A stretch of DNA of 64,000 bases, taken from the IMG/VR virus record IMGVR_UViG_3300027756_000004; one strand, written 5' to 3'. Each line of letters begins with the position of its first letter. Position 1 is the first letter of the stretch. The notes under the pieces are model-generated. The model made no database searches. It had not been told where the DNA came from and saw nothing but the letters and a program-made list of their open reading frames with translations. This document shows, one piece after another, positions 1-7,372 of the stretch. A program made the position numbers and the translations under genes. The stretch is from a virus.

Positions 1-1
1 C

Positions 2-412
2 ATCAGAGCACTGACCAACATACCCATCATGAGTTATTCCACCAAGTTTCGCAGTGTGCAGTATGCTGCCTTTAGAGAAGTGGTGGACAGTGTGCCCAAT
101 TCTGCTCGTTGGTATCAATTGGATGTGGGGGATAGAGCATCAGCTATTAAGAGTTCCATGCGTTATGCTGCACAAGGTGCAGACTTGCTCATGGTAAAAC
201 CTGGCATGAGCAGCATAGATTTGATTCAACCCATCAAAGAAGCCACCAACAAACCTGTGGGTGTGTATCAGACCAGCAGTGAATGGCTGGCCATACAAGG
301 ACATGCTCAAATGGATGCAATGCTGAAAGAAACTTGTGTGGTGTTTCAGCGTGCAGGCGCTGCATTCATGATATCATATGGTGCTAGATTGCTGCAAAAA
401 TTACTTAAATAA
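2..412 (+). CDS. hemB: Porphobilinogen synthase / delta-aminolevulinate dehydratase, 5'-truncated by the window edge
   Basis: The frame is open from nt 2 (IRALTNIPIMSYSTKF). It contains IMSYSTKF and GADLLMVKPG (both Schiff-base lysines), VYQTSSE (cf. AYQVSGE) and RAGAAFMISY (cf. RAGADLIFSY). Confidence 0.9.
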   Translation: MRALTNIPIMSYSTKFRSVQYAAFREVVDSVPNSARWYQLDVGDRASAIKSSMRYAAQGADLLMVKPGMSSIDLIQPIKEATNKPVGVYQTSSEWLAIQGHAQMDAMLKETCVVFQRAGAAFMISYGARLLQKLLK

Positions 413-416
413 TTGT

Positions 417-698
417 ATGGAACAGCCAACTGAAAAAGAATTAATGGAATCATATCTAGCTCAGCGCAAACAGTTGGATCAATGGATTCGACATCATCCC
501 ATGTTTGCACATGAAATACGTCGCATAAAAAATCAAATAGATCAAATGATGAACAAGCGTGCTGATCTGTTAATCATGTATCGTCAAACACGTCGTGAAC
601 ACTATTTAGAACAGGCTAGAATCACCCTGTTGCAAGCGCAAAATCACCTTAAAACCTTCTCAAAACTAGAGCTATTAGCCACACTGTCAAAAAGATAA
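417..698 (+). CDS. Hypothetical helical protein
   Basis: The ORF track starts at 378, overlapping hemB. ATG 417 lies 5 nt after TAAATA (406-411), the spacing seen at other genes in this window. Confidence 0.6.
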   Translation: MEQPTEKELMESYLAQRKQLDQWIRHHPMFAHEIRRIKNQIDQMMNKRADLLIMYRQTRREHYLEQARITLLQAQNHLKTFSKLELLATLSKR

Positions 699-701
699 AT
701 A

Positions 702-780
702 ACTGTGCTTCAAAAATAGTTTTGAAGTTTATGCGGTTTAACCCACCGCGTATAACATAGAACGTTACAGGAGAAAACAA
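702..780 (+). promoter_or_regulatory. Structured 5' leader (three hairpins with a short closing stem) after late promoter TAAATA 696-701
   Basis: Pairings: CTTCAAAA 708-715/TTTTGAAG 720-727; TATGCGGT 730-737/ACCGCGTA 745-752; TAAC 753-756/GTTA 764-767; CTG 703-705/CAG 768-770, overlapping SD AGGAG 769-773. Confidence 0.5.
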
Positions 781-1167
781 ATGGGAAGACCAATAAACAA
801 AACAAAACTAGGCACATACACAGGTGCCATAGGTATAAGATGTGAAGCCTACATAGGTGGATCAAATCAAAGTGATGTGTTCATTGTGAAACAAGTTGGA
901 TCTAAAAGATTCAAAGTTCAAGATACATCAGCCTCTACAACAGCAAGAGCCAAATTAGTTGCAACCACACCAGCAGCTCTAGGAGAAATGAGAGTGACTG
1001 GTTATGTTGCAGGATCTGCATCAGGCAACTTGTCCACTATGGGCGGTACTGCCAAATATGCGGCTAAAATAACTCAACGCAGATTTATTGCCAGCACTGG
1101 TGATAGATACAAATGGACACTTGTGAACGATTCCACAAGAGATTACATTGAATTGACTGCTATATAA
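781..1167 (+). CDS. Hypothetical virion structural protein
   Basis: Late promoter, strong SD (AGGAGA) and position at the head of the structural cluster. Confidence 0.6.
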   Translation: MGRPINKTKLGTYTGAIGIRCEAYIGGSNQSDVFIVKQVGSKRFKVQDTSASTTARAKLVATTPAALGEMRVTGYVAGSASGNLSTMGGTAKYAAKITQRRFIASTGDRYKWTLVNDSTRDYIELTAI

Positions 1168-1175
1168 TAACACCA

Positions 1176-1195
1176 TGGGGGGAGCAATCCCCCCA
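1176..1195 (+). promoter_or_regulatory. Intergenic GC-rich hairpin with GCAA tetraloop and no U-tract
   Basis: TGGGGGGA-GCAA-TCCCCCCA forms a perfect 8-bp stem. Confidence 0.7.
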
Positions 1196-1209
1196 ACTAA
1201 AGAGAAAAG

Positions 1210-2400
1210 ATGACAAAATTTTTAAAAGTACCAAATGGAAATTACAACATAAAAGTCCAGTCTGGTGGAGAAATCAAATTGGACACAGGTGCACAATTGG
1301 GCACAGTGCGTGTCACAGGCAATCTGGTCGTGGAAGGTGACAGCACCACTGTAGAATCAGAAAATTTAGTTGTAAGAGATAATATTATAGTAATCAACAA
1401 TGGCGAAGCTGGATCAGGAGTGACTCTAGGCACTGCAGGCATACGTGTGGACAGAGGCAATTTACAAAACGCCACTCTTTTATGGACAGAAGTGGCCAAT
1501 GGCAATCTTCCTGCTCCATTCAATACCAACGGAGCATTTAAATTTTCTTTGGTCAATGGTGATCCATTAGGTTTAAGAACCAACAGCATCACATCAGACA
1601 ACGATATTTTTTTAGATCCGGGTGGCAGTGGTGCCATAGCAACACCCAAAGTAAACTATGAAACCTATGTGACCAGTGCCAACGATATACCCAACAAAAA
1701 ATATGTGGATGATTTTGTCGTAGCATCCATCACAGGTCTAACATATCCAAAAATTCAGCGAGGCAACACCATAGTGAGAGTGTATGACACTGCTCCAGGT
1801 GTCACTGCCAACACCATAGGTGCTGCAGGCACAGGCACTGTGGCCACACTAACATTTGCTGCACAGGCAGTGATACCTTTCAACATAGGTGAAATCATTG
1901 TGGTTTCAGGTGTGACTCCTGCGGGTTACAATGGCACCTACACTGTGACCAATTCCAGTGTGAGTTCAGTCAGTTATGCCAACGCCACCACAGGTGCTCA
2001 GACAGTGTCAGGCACAGTGAACTTACAGGGAGATGCAGCCAATCAAGCCACCATTGAAATCGACGGCGTTTTGAAGAATACTTTTTTATCCAACCAAGTG
2101 GATTTTTTACAACAACAGATTAACCTATCAGAAGTTAGAATACAAGAAAGCACCATTTCAGCACCAGGAACCACACAGGACTTAGTGTTGCAAGCACAAG
2201 GAGTTAGATCTGTAAGGATAGATGACACACTCATGATCAAAGCCACAGGAGCCAACCCAGCACATGACGGAATCGGTTTGAAATTGTATGCAAACGCTCA
2301 AGGCACAGGTAAAACTGGATTATTTTATGTAAATACAAGCAACGTCAGAGACGAAATTATAAGCAAAAATAGGTCTTTGTTGTTCAGTATGATATTTTAG
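1210..2400 (+). CDS. Virion fibre/baseplate-associated structural protein
   Basis: G/T/N-rich beta-strand protein with a VTGNLVVEGDSTTV...DNIIVIN fibre motif, a DIPNKKYVDD motif and one inserted beta-barrel module. Confidence 0.65.
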   Translation: MTKFLKVPNGNYNIKVQSGGEIKLDTGAQLGTVRVTGNLVVEGDSTTVESENLVVRDNIIVINNGEAGSGVTLGTAGIRVDRGNLQNATLLWTEVANGNLPAPFNTNGAFKFSLVNGDPLGLRTNSITSDNDIFLDPGGSGAIATPKVNYETYVTSANDIPNKKYVDDFVVASITGLTYPKIQRGNTIVRVYDTAPGVTANTIGAAGTGTVATLTFAAQAVIPFNIGEIIVVSGVTPAGYNGTYTVTNSSVSSVSYANATTGAQTVSGTVNLQGDAANQATIEIDGVLKNTFLSNQVDFLQQQINLSEVRIQESTISAPGTTQDLVLQAQGVRSVRIDDTLMIKATGANPAHDGIGLKLYANAQGTGKTGLFYVNTSNVRDEIISKNRSLLFSMIF

Positions 2401-2406
2401 GAACGT

Positions 2407-2730
2407 ATGGCTATTAATAACGCACAAATGAGCACAGGAGCACCGGTGGAATTCACAGTATCCGCAGGGCAAAGCTGGGCATTTACCACCATAATGATTT
2501 GCAACAAAGGCAGTGGTGCTGCAACTTTTTCCGTGTATGCAGTGTTATCAGGTGAAGCAGTGTCAGATACTAAAAATAAAATTGTTAACACAGCCAGTGT
2601 TGATGCTAACGATACCTTTGTGATGGACAGCGAAAAATTAATATTGGAGGCGGGTGACAAATTGTCATTTCAACAGATCGGTGGCACCAATGGTGACTTG
2701 CTGGTGACAGTGAGTTACATTGTAGTGTAA
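2407..2730 (+). CDS. Small (~108 aa) virion adaptor-like protein, paralog 1
   Basis: Shares a pattern (TTIMICN...A.F.V......EKLIL..GD.L......VSYIV) with 11091-11420 and 25101-25427. Confidence 0.6.
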   Translation: MAINNAQMSTGAPVEFTVSAGQSWAFTTIMICNKGSGAATFSVYAVLSGEAVSDTKNKIVNTASVDANDTFVMDSEKLILEAGDKLSFQQIGGTNGDLLVTVSYIVV

Positions 2731-4295
2731 TGAGATATATCAAAAGACAGACCACTAATTCACAAACATTTGGCGGACGAGGCATCAATTATGATGCTCA
2801 AGAACTCACAGTGATAGACAGTGCTAGTGCATTGTTGTTGCCCAAAGGCACCACTGGAGCAAGGCCCACTGCACAAGAAGGCATGATCCGTTACAATACC
2901 ACCACACAAAATTTTGAAGCCTATGAAGCAAGTGCTGCATTTGGAACTCCTGGTTGGAAAAAATTTAGAACAGATGAACCCAAACTTATTCATGCACAAA
3001 ATTTAGGCAATGGTGACAACGTGGAAAAATTATTTGGACCATTGGATGCCAATGATGCTGCAACTCCAGTGCCCAGCGCACCAGCACAAGTGTTGTGTAT
3101 GGTGGAAAACGTGTTGCAGATTCCCACTACCAACTATACATTCTTACAAAATCCTTGCTATGTCAGCAGCAATGTTATATCATTTTGGGCCAACATTGCC
3201 ACGTCAGGCAAAACTGGTGCAGGTGCATTTGCTCCTGGCGTTTCAGCCATGTTCAGCAACAATTCAGCAATAGTAAATTTTTCCACTGCAGGATTTTACG
3301 TGGGGCAAACTATTTTTGTATCAGGCAGCACCAACAACAGAGGATTTTTCACAGTGGCATCTGTTTCTGCTACTTTTTTATCAATCAACCAAGCATTTAT
3401 AAATGAAAACGATCCTGGCTATGGCACAGTATCAACTGTAGAAGGATTAGTGAATCAATCAGTGCAGACTGGCACTTATACACAAACATTGGACTCCACA
3501 GCAGACACAATACAGATCAGCAGCACCGCAGGATTAGAAGTGGACAACATGATTATATTTGATACCACTTCAGGCAACATTGTGGCAGACACCATATATT
3601 TTGTAAAAACTATCAATGCAGGAGCCAATCAGATCACCATCAGCGCCACAGCAGGAGGCAGCACATTTGACTTGTTAGATGCCAATACTCCCGGCAACTG
3701 GTGTGCTGGAGTGGGCTATGGCAGACAACCATCCGGTAGTTCTGTTGCCACTGCCACTTTTGCTCCGCAAACATTGACCACCACAGCAGCTTCAGGCAAT
3801 GGTGCCACAGCTACTTTGTCATTTGCTACACAAGCATTGCCTCCGTTCTACGTGGGACAAACTATTTCAATTTCTGGAGTGACACCCAGCGGCTATGTGC
3901 CTGTAGGAAACACAGCCGTGGTCACAGCATGCACAGTGAGTTCTGTGAGCTACAGCAATATCACCACAGGTGCACAAACAGTAGCGGGCACTGTGACTGC
4001 AGCAGGCAATGCAATCACATTGAACAGTACTGCAGGTATGTCAGTAGGTCAAGAAATTAGTTTTGTAGGCACAAACTTTGGAAATTTAGTTGATCAAACC
4101 ACTTATTTTATAAAACAAATACTGGATGGCACACATTTGACCATCAGTGCTACCTACGGTGGTTCTGTGTTTGTTTTAACTCTTGCAGCAGGCTACATGC
4201 AAGTGTCCACATTGGGTAATAACCTGTATGTTAATTTCGGCTCCCCAGTGCCTTCAGGCAAGCCTGTGACTGTGCTGCACAATTTTGACAAATAG
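2730..4295 (+). CDS. Virion structural/fibre protein with several inserted barrel modules
   Basis: Contains the LPKGTTGARP..EGMIRYNTTTQNFEAY fibre motif. A VENVLQIP..NY...F.SPVP.GK.V.V domain is split by repeated modules. Confidence 0.65.
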   Translation: MRYIKRQTTNSQTFGGRGINYDAQELTVIDSASALLLPKGTTGARPTAQEGMIRYNTTTQNFEAYEASAAFGTPGWKKFRTDEPKLIHAQNLGNGDNVEKLFGPLDANDAATPVPSAPAQVLCMVENVLQIPTTNYTFLQNPCYVSSNVISFWANIATSGKTGAGAFAPGVSAMFSNNSAIVNFSTAGFYVGQTIFVSGSTNNRGFFTVASVSATFLSINQAFINENDPGYGTVSTVEGLVNQSVQTGTYTQTLDSTADTIQISSTAGLEVDNMIIFDTTSGNIVADTIYFVKTINAGANQITISATAGGSTFDLLDANTPGNWCAGVGYGRQPSGSSVATATFAPQTLTTTAASGNGATATLSFATQALPPFYVGQTISISGVTPSGYVPVGNTAVVTACTVSSVSYSNITTGAQTVAGTVTAAGNAITLNSTAGMSVGQEISFVGTNFGNLVDQTTYFIKQILDGTHLTISATYGGSVFVLTLAAGYMQVSTLGNNLYVNFGSPVPSGKPVTVLHNFDK

Positions 4296-4341
4296 CATTT
4301 GCACATCCTAAAATAAATACAATACAAAACAAGGAAATTAA

Positions 4342-7200
4342 ATGTCAGTAGGACGTATCTCAGGGCCACTATTACGCAGCAATCTACAACGCTCAGATGA
4401 TCTTGCATTTGAAACTGACCTGTTGTACATCAATCACAGTGGCAACAGGATAGGTATTAGGAACGACGCACCAACTAGAACGTTGTTAGTGAATGGCATG
4501 ACTCGTAACAATGCTGGTCTCACAGCCATCAACACTGCCACATTTGGCAACATGCTGTTTCAAAATAGTAGTATATCTGCACAGACTGGTCCTATATCTA
4601 TTACTTCTGGTGGCACTATTGCCACTCCAGAATTACGTGTAGGTGATTTGTATTTCAGCAACAATAAATTAGGAACCTATACCACCAACACAAATTTACA
4701 ATTGCAAGCCAATCAATCCGGCTATGTTGATATACCCTCAAACGTAGAAGTGTATGGCAGCATCAATGCCACTGGTAACATTGTGGCAGATGGCAACACC
4801 GTGATAGGTAATGACAGCACAGATTCTTTAATCATAGGAGCAGATATTAATTCCAACATGATACCAGATGTAACCACTACCTACAACATAGGATCATCTG
4901 CCAGCAGACAATGGGGTGACACATTTGCTCAAACAGGCAGTGTGGCTGGTGATATTGCTGTGAGCAATTTGTTCAGTATTGGAGGCATCACTGTAAATTT
5001 ACCCATCAACAATACCTATTATGTCAGCAGTGGAGGTCTAGACACCAATCCAGGACAGACTGTATCATTTGCCTTTGCCTCAGTGGAGCAAGCTCTATTG
5101 GCAGCTACCACAGCAGGTGGCAACAATCTAATTATGATCCTGCCTGGTGTGTACACGGAAACTTTTCCTTTGAATATGCCTGCTAATACCACCATCAAAG
5201 GCAGCAGTATGAGATCAGTAAAAATAATACCCACAACCAGCTCACAAAGTCAGGATGCATTTTTAATGAATGATGGTTGTATGATCAGCGATATCACTGT
5301 GTCAAATTTTTATTACAGCAGTGCTACCAACACAGGACATGCTTTTAGATTCAAGAACAACATCAACATTACATCAAAATCTCCCTATGTACAAAATGTC
5401 AGTGTGATCACACAAGGATCAGCAACTTCTGCTGGCGATCCCAGAGGTTTCAATGCAGGAGATGCAGGCAAAGGCGCATTGGTGGATGGCAGTGTGGCAA
5501 ATTCGGCCAGTAACAAAGCCAGCATGTTGTTCAACGCAGTGACTTTTATTACGCCAGGAGTGGATGCAATCACTATGAAAAACGGCGTGCGAGTGGAATG
5601 GATAGATTGTTTCACATATTTTGCCAATCGCAGTTTGTATGCCATCAACGGGGCCACTGGTTTTGCCAATCTTGGAGTTTTGTTTGGTGCTGAAGTAAGA
5701 GTGATTGCCAGTGCATCTGTGTATGGCAACAAAGGTGCAGAAGCAGACGGCGCTGCAACTTTGATGTATCTGATCAATCACAACATGGCCTATGTGGGAT
5801 CTGGCAAAGATGTGACCAACGATAGAAGTTTAGCCATTCAATCACAGGAAACTGTGGAACTTAACGCGGGAAAAATATATTATCAAAGTCAAGATCATAA
5901 TGGAAATTTTAGAGTGGGTGATACATTTTCTGTGGATTTCAACACAGGATTTATAAATCTTGACAATCTTTCAACAGTCACATTCACAGGATCCAGTCTC
6001 ACAATAGGACTGCCTGGTGCACAAACCTTTGTGGATGGGAACAAAATTTTATTGCCTAATTTCACAGTGTCTGGTAACAGCATTAGAAGTGGTATCAATC
6101 AAGTGGATATTGCATCTGCCAACGGCACTATTAATTTTTTAACCAACACCAACATCATTCAAAATCTTGATGTGTCTGGTAATTTTACCGTGGGTGGCAG
6201 TTTAACTAATCTAGGTAATCAAGTGTCAGATACCATTGACTTTGAAATGGAATTTGTCAGTGATATTCTACCAGCCACGAATAATCTTTACAATTTAGGA
6301 TCCAACAGTAAAAATTGGGACAATGTGTATGCTAGACAATTCAATGTGGGCAATATCACAATGACAGATAATTATATTGCTGCCAATCAAGGCAATCAAA
6401 ATCTTGTGATTCAAGCCAATGGCACAGGCAAAGTGACTGTGGACAATTTGCGATTTGACAGTGTGGTGGACAGTTCAACCGGCAATATCAACATCAATAA
6501 CAGCACTAGGAACACTAATTTCTCTGGTAAAGCCATAAAATTACCCGCGGGTAATGCAGCTCAAAGACCTGCTGTGGCTGCTGATTTGCGGTATAATTCA
6601 GTGTCAGGACAGTTTGAAGGTTACAACACAAATGTGGTGTTGTTGGGCGGTGTGAAAGATTTGGATGGTGACACCAGAATTGAACTCAACAGCGATCAAT
6701 TTTATTTCTATGCCAATGGAGTTAACACTGGAAGAATAGACACTGCAGGCAATTTGATAGTGAATCGTTTTCACAGTCAATCACAATTTGCATTGGACAA
6801 CAACACAGTCACAGTAGGTTCGGCCACTGCAGGCACTGTGGCTGCTTTGACTGCCAACGGCACAGGAGTGGTGCGTTTTGACACCAGCAATTATGTGTTC
6901 AACAGTGGCAGCATACGCAACACAGGCACCAACAGTGACATGCTGTTTCAAATGACAGGTGTACAAAAAGAACAATATGTGCATATGAGTGCCAATGAAA
7001 AAGGAATACGTTTGCCTTATGGAACCACAGCTCAAAGAAATCCTGGAGTGATAGGTGAACTGTACTGGAACACAACCACCAATAATTTGCAGGTGTATGG
7101 TGGAGCTGCATGGGGCAGCGCATCAGGGGCCAGCGGCACCATAGTGCCTCTGTATCAAGTGGAAGAAATCAACTTGATTTACAATTTAATTCTAGCTTAA
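4342..7200 (+). CDS. Tail fibre/spike protein with pectin-lyase-like beta-helix (paralog of 7359-11084)
   Basis: YYVSSGG.D...G....AFASVEQAL...I.ILPGVYTETFPL....TIKG.SMRSV beta-helix cap, GNFRVGD module and C-terminal LP.GT.AQR repeats. Preceded by TAAATA 4314-4319 and SD AAGGA. Confidence 0.7.
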   Translation: MSVGRISGPLLRSNLQRSDDLAFETDLLYINHSGNRIGIRNDAPTRTLLVNGMTRNNAGLTAINTATFGNMLFQNSSISAQTGPISITSGGTIATPELRVGDLYFSNNKLGTYTTNTNLQLQANQSGYVDIPSNVEVYGSINATGNIVADGNTVIGNDSTDSLIIGADINSNMIPDVTTTYNIGSSASRQWGDTFAQTGSVAGDIAVSNLFSIGGITVNLPINNTYYVSSGGLDTNPGQTVSFAFASVEQALLAATTAGGNNLIMILPGVYTETFPLNMPANTTIKGSSMRSVKIIPTTSSQSQDAFLMNDGCMISDITVSNFYYSSATNTGHAFRFKNNINITSKSPYVQNVSVITQGSATSAGDPRGFNAGDAGKGALVDGSVANSASNKASMLFNAVTFITPGVDAITMKNGVRVEWIDCFTYFANRSLYAINGATGFANLGVLFGAEVRVIASASVYGNKGAEADGAATLMYLINHNMAYVGSGKDVTNDRSLAIQSQETVELNAGKIYYQSQDHNGNFRVGDTFSVDFNTGFINLDNLSTVTFTGSSLTIGLPGAQTFVDGNKILLPNFTVSGNSIRSGINQVDIASANGTINFLTNTNIIQNLDVSGNFTVGGSLTNLGNQVSDTIDFEMEFVSDILPATNNLYNLGSNSKNWDNVYARQFNVGNITMTDNYIAANQGNQNLVIQANGTGKVTVDNLRFDSVVDSSTGNININNSTRNTNFSGKAIKLPAGNAAQRPAVAADLRYNSVSGQFEGYNTNVVLLGGVKDLDGDTRIELNSDQFYFYANGVNTGRIDTAGNLIVNRFHSQSQFALDNNTVTVGSATAGTVAALTANGTGVVRFDTSNYVFNSGSIRNTGTNSDMLFQMTGVQKEQYVHMSANEKGIRLPYGTTAQRNPGVIGELYWNTTTNNLQVYGGAAWGSASGASGTIVPLYQVEEINLIYNLILA
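5443..5477 (+). repeat. 35-bp exact repeat shared with 8463-8497
   Basis: AGAGGTTTCAATGCAGGAGATGCAGGCAAAGGCGC occurs at both positions. 5401-5420 also equals 8421-8440, at the same 3020-nt offset. Confidence 0.9.
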
Positions 7201-7230
7201 CAGAACTAAAACCACCAAAATCAATAAATA

Positions 7231-7372
7231 CAACTAATGCCACAATCCGACCAAGATTGAGCAGGACAAACCGTGGTCAACCAGCGAAGAACCTTTGCAT
7301 TAAAAAAGGGTGAAAACTAGGTTGGTGGCACAAGGATGCCCGTTAAAAGGAGAATAGCATGGCCGTTGGTCG
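7231..7372 (+). promoter_or_regulatory. Structured 5' leader, possibly a cis-regulatory RNA with a pseudoknot
   Basis: Lies after TAAATA 7225-7230. Pairings: TGCCAC 7238-7243/GTGGCA 7325-7330; CAATC/GATTG hairpin with loop CGACCAA 7248-7254, complementary to TTGGTCG 7366-7372 in the CDS; CAACC 7278-7282/GGTTG 7320-7324. Confidence 0.55.

Noticed and set aside
378-416. ORF-track starts at 378, 30476, 43865 and 48251
   Set aside because: Each overlaps a neighbouring gene or promoter; downstream ATGs (417, 30509, 43808, 48200) fit the promoter spacing or gene coupling better.
702-780. tRNA gene
   Set aside because: The fold is cloverleaf-like but has no GTTCRA T-loop, 7-bp acceptor stem or CCA; it is kept only as a structured leader.
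7231-7358. Known riboswitch or self-cleaving ribozyme
   Set aside because: I could not match hammerhead, twister, pistol, HDV or common riboswitch cores by eye; an Rfam scan is needed.
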